Shown piece after piece: positions 36,407 to 46,500 of a DNA stretch of 50,671 nt. Where the stretch lies: contig JBHHYS010000003.1 of the NCBI GenBank assembly GCA_046757645.1, positions 1-50,671 on the forward strand. The letters are read 5' to 3'. Numbering within the stretch: position 1 is the first letter of the stretch; each line of letters begins with the position of its first letter. Both the position numbers and the translations under genes were made by a program. The stretch comes from Terriglobia bacterium (lineage in GTDB: Bacteria > Acidobacteriota > Terriglobia > Acidiferrales > 2-02-FULL-67-57). The notes below the pieces were generated by a model. That model was not told the origin of the DNA, ran no database searches, and worked only from the letters and a program-made list of their open reading frames with translations.

Positions 36407-37081
36407 CTACCAACTGCCCATCTCAGCCTGCCACTCGCGATCCTGCCCAATCTGCTCAATGATTGTTCCGAGGTAGTGCGAAACTTTGTGGACAGCACGC
36501 TTTACTGCCTGAAGGTCAATAACCTCCAACTCAGGCAGGGTCGGCTTTCCCTTGGTGTCAACCGGATACCTGGAAGCCTGAGAGGTAGGGTCGTGCTGGT
36601 TGAAGTCTTCGATTAATTTCTGGCATGCTTCCGTACACTCAGCAGAGGCCCACTCTGAAAAACGGGGATAGACTTCCTTAACTTTCTCCCACAGTTCCCT
36701 CAAGCTGTGTTTCCTAGCAAGCCACTGCCTAAGTTCGTGGGTGCAGCCGGGGCAACAAAAGAGCACGTATTTGAGTTGTAGTTCAAGGTGGTGCCGGTAA
36801 TGCGCCAAGACGGGATAGATGAGTTCGTCTTCCCAAGGTAACCCTTTAAGGCTCTCAACCAATCGATCAGCTGCCGCCAAAAAGCCATCCGCGTAGAGTT
36901 GCCATCTCCCCGTTGTTCTTCGCGGCTCACCATAGGGGGTCAACCCCAAAGGATCAAGGCGGGCTCCGGTAGGGCTCGCAAGAAACAACCGGTCTCCCGG
37001 GTTGGGCAGCCAATCTGCCAGCTCACTCTCGATGTCAGATTGTGAGGAAGACTCTCCCGTCCCAGGTTCTTCGTCGCTCAC
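36407..37081 (-). CDS. Hypothetical protein, possibly HEPN-like
   Basis: YADGFLAAAD, YRHHLELQLK, HSLRELW, SRYP resemble HEPN-type motifs; start estimated at GTG 37081. Confidence 0.55.
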   Translation of the reverse strand: MSDEEPGTGESSSQSDIESELADWLPNPGDRLFLASPTGARLDPLGLTPYGEPRRTTGRWQLYADGFLAAADRLVESLKGLPWEDELIYPVLAHYRHHLELQLKYVLFCCPGCTHELRQWLARKHSLRELWEKVKEVYPRFSEWASAECTEACQKLIEDFNQHDPTSQASRYPVDTKGKPTLPELEVIDLQAVKRAVHKVSHYLGTIIEQIGQDREWQAEMGSW

Positions 37082-37451
37082 GTTTCCCTTCCTTTGAGGA
37101 GTGTAGTTCAAAACCTAGCAGGCGCTTGCGCGGCCCTTTCAGGCTGTCGTAGTCCCAAACAGACCACAGCTCCCAGAAATATGTGCGCAAGTGGTAAATC
37201 AATTTCTCGTAACTGGCAGGCGATCGCTGAGACAGTTTCGCGCGGAAAAAGCAGAGTCCTCATGATACTTGGCACCTCACAACGCTGTTTCGATCTGCTC
37301 CAAGAACATCGCGGTTGATTCCAAGGATACAGTAGAATCCACTGTGCGGCTAGACCGACGGATCGAAAAGTGGCTCGTCCAGCCGTGCCACCTGCCGCAA
37401 CTTGCCTCCTCAAGCGGAAAGAACACTGAAGGGACTGAACGGAGGAACCAG

Positions 37452-38078
37452 GTGAAGATTCCATACCGACTGCCCTGCCAAAACTGCAGTGCAACCGATC
37501 CAGTAGAACTCCATCTCGACGACGACTCCCCTAAGTGGGTGTGTCATTGTGGGCATACGAATTTCGGCTTCTTTGAACTCGACTTTACAGTGGGATACAA
37601 AATACTGGCACGAAGCGAGTACGAGCACAACAGTCGGAAGGATTACTCCATGTCCATAATTTTCTCAGCGATGGCTTTTGAGTGCGAACTGTCGCGCTTG
37701 TTTCGCAAGTGGACGGACATCGCTTCACTAAGGGCAGGAAGCGGTCCAATCAGCGACGCCGAGATTGAAGCGATGCTGCGCCGCCACAAGAACGTCAAAG
37801 AGAAGATCGAAGAAGTCGGTAAGCTGCTTGACCGTCGGGGCATAGACGAATTTGCCAGCTCCTCTGAGGAACTGCGTGAGGTTATAGTGAGCCGCTTCCC
37901 TAGCCTGCATCTGGGCTCTCTGGCGGAAGATTTCCAAAAGACGCTATTCTGGCCACGAAATCGAATCCTTCACGCAGGGTACACGAAATACCGGGAGGAA
38001 GACTCGGCTCGCTGCTACAGCATCGCCCAGCTCGGCTTAGGGGTTCTCCGCGAGATGGATCATGCCAAAAGAGCTTAG
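37452..38078 (+). CDS. Zn-ribbon plus HEPN-like (RxxxxH) protein
   Basis: CQNC...CHCG N-terminus, AMAFECEL helix, RNRILH motif; GGAGG RBS before GTG 37452. Confidence 0.6.
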   Translation: MKIPYRLPCQNCSATDPVELHLDDDSPKWVCHCGHTNFGFFELDFTVGYKILARSEYEHNSRKDYSMSIIFSAMAFECELSRLFRKWTDIASLRAGSGPISDAEIEAMLRRHKNVKEKIEEVGKLLDRRGIDEFASSSEELREVIVSRFPSLHLGSLAEDFQKTLFWPRNRILHAGYTKYREEDSARCYSIAQLGLGVLREMDHAKRA

Positions 38079-38402
38079 GCGGCAAGGCGTATCTCGGCCA
38101 GCACTGGAATAACAGGCGCAGCCGTCCACGCCGCGCCCCCGGCACCATGCGGGCTCACACCCCAACCCGGTCAAGCGCCGGCGAGGAGTCGGCCAGAAAA
38201 TCCGTGCCGCAGAGAGGGAGTGGAGGGGGACTCTTTGCGGAAATGCGCTTACGGAGCCGCGGGTAGAGCTTCACCAGGATTGCCCCGGGCCAACTCACCC
38301 GGGAAGCGTAGGGGGGATTCCACCCAGGAGTGATCCGGGATCCAAGAGAGGAAGTGAGAAAGCCATAGAGCGTGCCGGGGGCGGGGAGGGAATTCCCGGG
38401 GC

Positions 38403-38720
38403 TCAAAAAAATTCCACGCGTCCTGCCTTGGTCATAACAGTAATGATGCCCCGCAGACGGGTGCGGTCGGCGTCACTAATCTCCACAAACTCCACGCCCA
38501 TGCCGGCACCCTCGTCCACCCGGCGGACCATCGCCCCCACCGTGATGCTAACCTCGTCGCTCAGCCAGATTCGCATCCGAAGCATTCGACCCCGGGAGAG
38601 TGGGCGCGGGTCATCGATGTAGGCACCGGAGATACTGATGTCGCGCACCCGGGGTTGCATCTCGGGATAATCGACTCGAAAGTGGATCCGCGGATTGCCG
38701 CGTCGCTCGGCGTCCCCCAT
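38403..38720 (-). CDS. PilZ domain protein
   Basis: ERRGNPR (RxxxR) and DISISG (DxSxxG) motifs, GMGVEF. Confidence 0.85.
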   Translation of the reverse strand: MGDAERRGNPRIHFRVDYPEMQPRVRDISISGAYIDDPRPLSRGRMLRMRIWLSDEVSITVGAMVRRVDEGAGMGVEFVEISDADRTRLRGIITVMTKAGRVEFF

Positions 38721-39016
38721 TGCTAGCAGTATACCACCGAGTGGTGGGGGATTGTTTGATTTTGACCGGCCTCGTAGCCCGAAGCCGCCCACACGACAGC
38801 CCCCTGCAGTTGGCCGCTATGGTAGACCGCGCCCGCAGGCAAGTCACCGCGCCGGGAGGGAGGCAAAAGAAGCTGGCGAATCGAAGGACCGAAGCGCTCG
38901 GCTATGGTTCCTTTGCTTCTTTTGAGTCCTTTGCTTCCTTTCCCTTCCTTGCCTGCCGCTGCGCTTGCACGGGTTCGGGTGCCCACGGTATAAAGGCACG
39001 CAGAAGGGGGAGAGTC

Positions 39017-39844
39017 GTGGGTAATTACCTCATGCTGGCGGCCCCGCCCCTGGGGGGAGAGGCGGCGCTGGTAAATATGGACTGGGTGGCGCTGGCCGAT
39101 GTGGTGGTGGTGGCGGTGGTGGTCTACTACTTCCTCAAATTGATCAAGGAAACGCGCGCCTTTCCCATGCTGCTGGCGGCGGTGCTATTGCTGGGGATTT
39201 ACTACGGCACCACCTGGGGGCGGCTGGAGGCGATGCGCTGGTTGCTGACCAAGCTCCTGCCCGTCTTCGTTTTTGCCCTGGTGGTCATCTATCAGGGGGA
39301 GATTCGCCGGGGGCTGGCGCGGCTGGGACGGGTGCCGCTGGTGGCGCGGCTGACCGCGGCCGAGCGCGCCGAGCCCTACGACGACATCGTGCTGGCCTGC
39401 AGCTACCTTTCCCAGCAACGCATCGGGGCGCTGATCGTCCTGGAGCGGCGGATCACTTTGCACACCTACATCGAAAGCGGCATCGCGCTCGACGCCCTGC
39501 TCAGCTACGACCTGCTGGTCAGCATCTTCTTGCCGCAATCGGCGCTGCACGATGGCGCCGCCATTGTGCGCAAGAACCGCATCGTGGCCGCCTCCTGCTT
39601 CCTGCCGCTCTCGCTCAATCCCCTGCTCTCCACGCAACTGGGTACGCGGCATCGGGCCGCCATCGGAGTGACGGAGGAGTCGGACGCCGTAGTGGTAGTG
39701 GTGAGCGAGGAGACGGGGGCGATTGCGTTGATGAGCGCGGGTACGGTGGATCTGAACTTGACCCCAGAACAGTTGCGGGAGCGGCTGCGGCGGCTGCTGC
39801 GCGAGGGGCCGCCGCGACTGCCGCTTTCCGGGCGGACGGGTTGA
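39017..39844 (+). CDS. cdaA: Diadenylate cyclase CdaA
   Basis: Three N-terminal TM segments, GALIVLER, LHDGA, LGTRHRAAIG, VSEETG; start uncertain (39017/39032/39077). Confidence 0.93.
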   Translation: MGNYLMLAAPPLGGEAALVNMDWVALADVVVVAVVVYYFLKLIKETRAFPMLLAAVLLLGIYYGTTWGRLEAMRWLLTKLLPVFVFALVVIYQGEIRRGLARLGRVPLVARLTAAERAEPYDDIVLACSYLSQQRIGALIVLERRITLHTYIESGIALDALLSYDLLVSIFLPQSALHDGAAIVRKNRIVAASCFLPLSLNPLLSTQLGTRHRAAIGVTEESDAVVVVVSEETGAIALMSAGTVDLNLTPEQLRERLRRLLREGPPRLPLSGRTG

Positions 39845-39848
39845 GGCG

Positions 39849-40235
39849 ATGGGCCGCTGGCTGCTGCGGGTGCTGCTGAACAACTGGTGGCTGAAGCTGC
39901 TTTCGCTGGGGCTCGCCTACGGGCTGTGGGTGATTGTCACGCAGGGGCCGGCGGTGGAGATCGGCTTCTCGGTGCCGCTGGAGCTGCGGCACCTCCCGGA
40001 GGAGTTGCAGGTGGCGGGCGACTTTCCCACCCGAGTGTATCTGGAGCTGCGCGGCCCCGCCGACCGTTTGCGGCGGTTGGCCCCGGAGGAGATCGCCGTG
40101 GTGGTGGAGTTGAGCGGGACCCCGGCGGGCAACCACTGGTTTCCGCTTGAGGCCAAAAACGTGCAAGTGCCAGCGGGGATCGAAGTGGTGCGCATCATCC
40201 CCGAAGAGGTGCAGTTGGAGCTGGTGCCGCGCTGA
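39849..40235 (+). CDS. cdaR: CdaR/YbbR-domain protein (single domain)
   Basis: NWWLKLLSLGLA..LW TM segment, VPLE, V.LRGP; between cdaA and glmM. Confidence 0.85.
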   Translation: MGRWLLRVLLNNWWLKLLSLGLAYGLWVIVTQGPAVEIGFSVPLELRHLPEELQVAGDFPTRVYLELRGPADRLRRLAPEEIAVVVELSGTPAGNHWFPLEAKNVQVPAGIEVVRIIPEEVQLELVPR

Positions 40236-40238
40236 GTG

Positions 40239-41687
40239 ATGAACAAGCTATTCGGGACGGATGGGATTCGCGGGGTGGCAGGCGAGCCGCCGCTCGACGC
40301 GCGCACCATCTTCGCCGTGGGGCGGGCGGTGGGAGAGTTTCTCCGCGATGCGGAGGGTGCCAGCCCCGACGATAGGGGGCCAAGGCGGTCTGGAGTCGGG
40401 GCCGGCGGGAAGGTGCTGCTCGGGGAGGATACGCGGGAGTCGTCGCCCTGGGTGACGAGCTACCTGGCCGGGGGGTTGCGCGCGGGGGGGGTGGAGGCGG
40501 TCTCGGCCGGGGTGCTGCCCACCCCGGGAGTCGCGAAACTGGTGCGCGCCAAAGGCTTCGCTGCCGGGTTGGTGGTGAGCGCCTCGCACAATCCCTACCA
40601 GGACAACGGCATCAAGCTGATTGCGGCCACGGGGATGAAATTCCCCGACGAAACCGAAGCCCGCCTGGAAGAGCGCATCCGCGCCCTGCTGGACGACGAG
40701 GTCACAGCGGCAGCGCCCGCGCCCCCCTTCGCTGAAGCGTCGGCAAGCAGGCCGCGGGTCGACATGGGCCTGGCGGAGGAGTACGCGGAGTTGCTGCGGG
40801 AAGCCACCCGCGCCGAACTGCGAGGGGACCTGAGCGGCTTGCACCTGGTGGTGGACTGCGCGAACGGGGCGGCGGCGCGAATCGGGCCGAAGCTGTTCCG
40901 GGGGCTGGGCGCCGGGGTGACGGCCATCCACGCTTCGCCCAACGGGAAGAACATCAACGAGGGCTGCGGGGCGCTTCATCCCGAGTGCGTGGCGCGGACG
41001 GTGAGCAAGATTGGGGCGGATTTGGGGGTGGCGTTTGACGGGGACGCCGACCGGGCGATTTTCTCCAGCGGCACGGGGCGCATCGTCAACGGCGACGGGG
41101 TGCTGCTGGCGGCGGCCCGCTGGATGAAGCAGAAGAAGCGGCTGAAGGGCCAGGCGGTCATCGGCACGGTGATGGCGAACCTGGGGTTGGAGCGTGCCCT
41201 GCGGAAGGAAGGGTTGGCGCTGGTGCGCACGGCCGTCGGCGACCGCTACGTGCTGGAGGAGATGCAGCGGCGGGGGGCGAACCTGGGCGGGGAGCAGTCG
41301 GGGCACGTGATCTTTCTCGACGATGCGCCCACGGGCGATGGGCTGCTGACGGCGCTGAAGATGCTGGCGATTCTGCGAGAGCGGGGGATGAGCCTCGATG
41401 AGCTGGTGGGCGACCTCAAAGTTTTTCCCCAGCGGCTGCGCAACATTCGGGTGCGGGAGAAGATTGATTTCGAGCAGCTTCCGGCCGTGCAGCAGGCCAT
41501 CGGAGAAGCCAGGGCCGCGCTGGCCCCTGCTTCCTCGGGGCAAGGTCCGCGGGGGCGGGTGGTGGTGCGCTACTCGGGTACGGAGCCGCTGGCGCGGGTG
41601 ATGGTGGAAGCGGAGACGGAAGCCGAGGTGGAGCGCTGGGAAGAACACATCCGGCAGGCGATTGAGGCGGCGCTCGGGGAGGAGTAG
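40239..41687 (+). CDS. glmM: Phosphoglucosamine mutase
   Basis: LFGTDGIRG, SASHNP, DGDADR, GGEQSGH, RYSGTEP. Confidence 0.96.
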   Translation: MNKLFGTDGIRGVAGEPPLDARTIFAVGRAVGEFLRDAEGASPDDRGPRRSGVGAGGKVLLGEDTRESSPWVTSYLAGGLRAGGVEAVSAGVLPTPGVAKLVRAKGFAAGLVVSASHNPYQDNGIKLIAATGMKFPDETEARLEERIRALLDDEVTAAAPAPPFAEASASRPRVDMGLAEEYAELLREATRAELRGDLSGLHLVVDCANGAAARIGPKLFRGLGAGVTAIHASPNGKNINEGCGALHPECVARTVSKIGADLGVAFDGDADRAIFSSGTGRIVNGDGVLLAAARWMKQKKRLKGQAVIGTVMANLGLERALRKEGLALVRTAVGDRYVLEEMQRRGANLGGEQSGHVIFLDDAPTGDGLLTALKMLAILRERGMSLDELVGDLKVFPQRLRNIRVREKIDFEQLPAVQQAIGEARAALAPASSGQGPRGRVVVRYSGTEPLARVMVEAETEAEVERWEEHIRQAIEAALGEE

Positions 41688-41689
41688 GG

Positions 41690-41740
41690 GGCAAAAGAGG
41701 CAAAGGAAGCAGAGGAGGCAGAGGAATCACAGGAAAAGAA
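41690..41740 (+). repeat. Imperfect ~9-bp purine-rich tandem repeat
   Basis: GCAAAAGAG-GCAAAGGAA-GCAGAGGAG-GCAGAGGAA-TCACAGGAA; a similar tract is on the minus strand near 38908-38945. Confidence 0.55.
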
Positions 41741-41826
41741 GGAGCGAACCGCAGAGGGCGCCGAGGCGGGCAAGCACAGAGGCCACAGAGAGGACACGGA
41801 GGGCGCGGAGCCAAGGGAGGGTGGCG

Positions 41827-43449
41827 ATGAACGTTCCCCTGACACCGGTACGCTTCTTGCGCTACGCGGTGGAACAGTTTCCCCGGAAAACCGGGATCAT
41901 TTGCGAGGAGCAGCGGTTCACCTACGCGCAATTCGGCGAGCGGGTGGGGCGAGGGGCCGGGGCGCTGCGCGGGCTGGGGGTGGAGCCGGGCGATCGGGTG
42001 GCTTTCTTGAGCACGAACTGCCACCGGCTGCTCGAAGCCTACTACGGGGTAGTGGAAGCCGGCGGGGTCTTGCTGCCCTTGAACATTCGGCTGGCGCCCG
42101 AGGAGCTGGCCTACATCCTGAACGACGCGGGGGCGAAGCTGCTTTTCCTGGAAAGCGCCTTCCTGAGCATCGTGGAGGCCTTTCGGCGGACGGCGGGCTC
42201 GGTGGAGTCTTTCATCCTTCTGGACGGGGAGCCGGAAGCGGGCTGGCTGGCGCGGCAAAACTATGAAGAGCTTCTTGCCGGGGCCACCGGGCACTGGCGC
42301 GACCTGATGGAGTTTGACGAAAACTCTTTCGCCGAACTCTTCTACACCAGCGGCACCAGCGCCGACCCCAAGGGAGTGGTGCTCACCCATCGCAACGTTT
42401 ACCTGCACGGGCTCTCGGCGGCGCTGGCCCTGGGCACCACCCGGAAAAGCGTGCAGCTGCACACCATTCCGCTGTTTCACGCCAACGGTTGGGGCCTGGC
42501 CCATTCACTGACGTTCATGGGGGCGACCCACGTGATGCTCCACCGCTTCGATCCGGTGGCGGTATTCCGGTTGGTGGAGCGGGAGCGGGTGGAAGCCTTC
42601 AGCGTGGTGCCCACCATGGCCACCGCCTTGGTCAATTGCCCCGAAAGGCCGAAGTACGACCTGAGCAGCCTGAAGACAATCACCATCGGGGGCGCGGCCT
42701 CCTCGCCGGCGCTAGTGCGGGCGATGGAGGAAAAGCTGGGCTGCTGCTGCTATTCCGGCTACGGCCTGACGGAAACCTCACCGGTGCTGACGCTCGCCCC
42801 GCTCAAGGACGAACTCGCCGGCGAAGGAGAACAGCGCCATCGGCGCCAGGCGATGACGGGCTTCGCCATCCCCGGGGTGGAGATTCGGGTGGTGGACGAG
42901 GCGGGCGCCGACGTGCCCCGCGACGGAAAGACGATGGGGGAAATCGTGACCCGCAGCGACGGGGTGATGGAGGGCTACTGGCGAGAACCGGAAGAAACCG
43001 CCCAGGCCTTGCGGGGAGGGTGGTTTCACACCGGCGACATGGCCACCATCGACACCGACAACTACGTCCTGATCGTAGACCGCCAGAAGGAGATCATCAT
43101 CAGCGGGGGCGAGAACATTTCCTCCCTGGAAGTGGAAAAGATGCTTTTGGAGCACCCCAGTGTGTATGAGGTGGCGGTGATCCCGGTTCCCGACCAGAAG
43201 TGGGGCGAAGTGCCCAAAGCGCTGGTGGCGCTGAAACCGGGCACAACGGCCAGCGAAGCGGAGCTCATCCAGTTCTGCCGTGCCCGGCTGGGGCACTTCA
43301 AGGTGCCCGGGTCGGTGGAATTCCGGGAGAGCCTCCCCAAAGGAGGCACGGGAAAAATCCTTAAAAAGGAGCTGCGCAAGCAGTATTGGCCGGCGGCGAA
43401 GAAGGGTTTGCCTCCGGTGGCGCGAAAGAGTGGAACCAGCTCCCGATGA
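41827..43449 (+). CDS. Long-chain fatty-acid/acyl-CoA ligase (ANL superfamily)
   Basis: YTSGTSADPKGV, PLFHANGWG, YGLTET, GWFHTGD, DRQKEIIISGGENI, GKILKKELR. Confidence 0.93.
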   Translation: MNVPLTPVRFLRYAVEQFPRKTGIICEEQRFTYAQFGERVGRGAGALRGLGVEPGDRVAFLSTNCHRLLEAYYGVVEAGGVLLPLNIRLAPEELAYILNDAGAKLLFLESAFLSIVEAFRRTAGSVESFILLDGEPEAGWLARQNYEELLAGATGHWRDLMEFDENSFAELFYTSGTSADPKGVVLTHRNVYLHGLSAALALGTTRKSVQLHTIPLFHANGWGLAHSLTFMGATHVMLHRFDPVAVFRLVERERVEAFSVVPTMATALVNCPERPKYDLSSLKTITIGGAASSPALVRAMEEKLGCCCYSGYGLTETSPVLTLAPLKDELAGEGEQRHRRQAMTGFAIPGVEIRVVDEAGADVPRDGKTMGEIVTRSDGVMEGYWREPEETAQALRGGWFHTGDMATIDTDNYVLIVDRQKEIIISGGENISSLEVEKMLLEHPSVYEVAVIPVPDQKWGEVPKALVALKPGTTASEAELIQFCRARLGHFKVPGSVEFRESLPKGGTGKILKKELRKQYWPAAKKGLPPVARKSGTSSR

Positions 43450-43563
43450 GCAGAGGATAAGAGAACGCTTGACTTCATTTGCGCGGCTGGGATAGGGTTC
43501 GGAGCCGAAGGGTCCAAGAAACACCATCCGGGGGAAATCTTTCCGCAAGAGAGGGTGCAAGCT

Positions 43564-46500
43564 ATGAAGTGGCGGAATGCGGCAGCGTGCGTGAGCCTGA
43601 TTTTCCTGGTGGCGACCGGGACGGCCTGGGCGCAGGGCGTGGGGTACTCGGGGGACATTCGCGGCACGGTAACCGATCCCTCGGGGGCCGTGCTGCCCGG
43701 GGCAGCCATTGTGGTTGTGGATGTGGAGAAGGGGATCGCCCGTACGGCGACGACGGACGAGAACGGGGAATACCGAGTGACGGGCTTACTTCCGACTGTC
43801 TACGACGTGACTGCTGAGGTCCAGGGCTTTGAAACCCAGATTCGGAAGGGCGTGGTAGTGACGGTGGGGCAGACCGCCATTGTCGATTTCCAGTTGGGGC
43901 TGGCGGCGGTGGCCACCGAAGTGGTGATCACCACCGAAACCCCCCTGGTGGAAGCCGAAAAAACCCAGCAGGCGAACACCATCGACGAGGAATACATCCG
44001 CGAACTGCCCATCGATCGCCGCGACTACCTCACCTTTACTTTGCTGGTGCCGGGGGTGGTGGATTCGGATGCTTTTGCCGACAACACCGACTTCCGTGTC
44101 GTCCAGACGCCGCAGAGCGGGATTTCTTTCTACGGCAGCAACGGGCGCGGAAACAACGTTACCGTGGACGGCTCGGAAGCCAACGACGATTCCGGCGGGG
44201 TCCGCCTTACTCTGAGCCAGGAAGCGGTGCAAGAGTTCCAGATCAACCGGAGCAACTACTCGGCGGAATTTGGGGGGGCCAGCGGCGGGGTGATCAACAT
44301 TGTGTCCAAATCCGGTACCAACAAGGTGCACGGCAGCGCCTTTGTCTTTCTCCGGGACGACGAGTTGGATGCGCGCGACCCCTTCGCCGTCGGCTCGGCG
44401 CTGGAAGCCGGCCAGCCCTTTTCGCTGAACGCGCTGGGGTCGGCGGTCGATCCGCCCACCAACCGCCAGCAATTCGGGGGCACCCTGGGCTTCCCCATCC
44501 GCGAAGATGAGACGTTTTTCTTTTTTGCCTATGAAGGTTTGCGCCGGGATGAGTCGGCTTCAGTCCCGGTCTTGACCGATACGTCGATCTTTCTTCCCAC
44601 CGCCGCCCAAAGCGGGATTCTCAGTGGCCTGGGCGGCCTGGGGGCCACGCCCGTCCCTTGCATTACCTCTCCGCTCACCATCCTGCCCGCCAACGTCTGC
44701 GCGGCGGTTCTGGGGGGCCTGCTCACCATCGACCCCAGCGCCGCCGAGACGCCGTTCGCCGCGGTCAGCGAGCCATTTCTGGTCGACCTGTTCGTCAACA
44801 ACAGCGGCATTTTTCCCTTCACGGGCCGCTCGGATCTGTTTTCCGTGCGGCTCGACCATCAAATCAACGACAGCAACCAGTTGTTTTTCCGGTACAACTT
44901 CGGCGACACCCGGGAGCGCAACCGCAACCTGCGGGCGCTGGTGGGCTTCTCCCGGGGCACTCAGGTTGAGCAATTCGACAGCACCGTGGTGCTGGGCTGG
45001 TATCGACAGTTCAGTGCGCGGGCGCAGAACGAAGCCCGGGTGATGTATAACTACTACACGCTGGACGCGAGCACCCCCGCCGATCCCGTCGGCCCGGAGC
45101 TGAACCTGGCGGGTTTCGGCTTCTTCAACCGGGACATTTTCTTGCCCTCGTTCACCACCGGGCGCCGCTACGAATTTTCCGATAACGTCACCTTCGTCAC
45201 CGGGCGTCACAAGATGAAGTTGGGGGGCTACCTGTTGCTGCGCGACAACGAAACCGAGTCCCATACGTTCTTCCCCGGGCGCTTCACCTTCGGGCCGTTG
45301 CCCGGCGGCTTGGTCAGCCCCTGTTTTGCGAACCCGGCATTCTGCGGGCTTCCACCGTTGGCGCCAGGGACTCCCCCGATTACCGTGAATTCGTTGCAGT
45401 CGTTCAAGCTGGGCGTGCCGCAGTTCTACCAGCAGGGCTTCGACAACCCTACCGTGGAAAGCGTCAACCCCTTCACCGCTTTCTACTGGCAGGACACGTG
45501 GAGGGCCCGGCCCAATCTGACCCTGAATTTCGGCCTGCGCTACGAGTTCGACAAACGCTTCAAGCCGCTGCGCAGCGACAAGAACAACTTTGCGCCGCGG
45601 TTCGGCTTTTCCTGGGACCCCTTCAGTGACCACAAGACGGTGGTGCGGGGCGGCTATGGGATCTACTACTCCCCCATCTACTACCAGATTGACTACGTGG
45701 TCCGGGCGCTGGGGAATGTGAACGGCAAACTCCAGATCGCCCAGGTTTTTGCTCCGGCGACGCTGGCCGCGCCCTGTCTCCCCCTCGGTGTGGCTACGCC
45801 CACGGTGCCACTACCGGGGTGTATCTTTCAAAGCTTGTTGTTCCAAGGGGTGATCGGGCCGGGCTGCACCACCACGACGGCGGAAGCCTGCATCACGCCG
45901 GCGAATTTGACCCAGTTCGGAATTAACATCACCCACATGGTTGACCCCATCACGGGTGCTCTCCCGCCCCTGAGCGTGGTCTTCAGCGGTTCCGACGACT
46001 ACGTGAATCCTTACTCGCAGCAGGCCAGCTTCGGAATCGAGCGTGAGCTGGCACCCAACTTTTCGATTGCGGTGGACTATATCTTTTCCCGCACGCTCAA
46101 GATAACCCGCGCCCGGGACAAAAACATTTTGCCCGCGGGCGGGTTCGTCAACCCGCTGATCCTCCAGGACAACGTGTATGAGTCGACGGGGCGCGCCTTC
46201 TATCACGGGTTCGTCCTGAGCGTGAACAAGCGCTTCAGCCACAGCTTCAGCCTCTTCGCCAACTACACCTTGAGCAAGGCGATTGACGAGGTCACCGATT
46301 TCAACAGCGACTTCCAGCCCAGCGACCAGACCAACCTGCGCGCGGAGCGGTCCTTGTCGGCCTTTGACCAGCGGCACAAGCTGGTGATTGCCGCGGTACT
46401 GCAAAGTCCCTGGAAGGGTGGCGCGGGCGCGCATCCGCTGGAGCGCATCTTCTCCGGCTTCTCACTGGCGCCGATTGTGCGCGCCAATAGCGGACGGCCC

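Larger units (their letters stand above)
36213..38148. mobile_element. Genomic islet integrated at the 3' end of the tRNA-like gene
   Basis: 14-bp direct repeat GCCCCCGGCACCAT at 36213-36226 and 38135-38148; lower GC inside; no integrase. Confidence 0.75.

Noticed and set aside
38150-38402. Riboswitch or ncRNA in the palindrome-rich region between the islet and pilZ
   Set aside because: Several short inverted repeats, but no conserved c-di-AMP or c-di-GMP riboswitch motif recognisable by eye; an Infernal/Rfam scan would be needed
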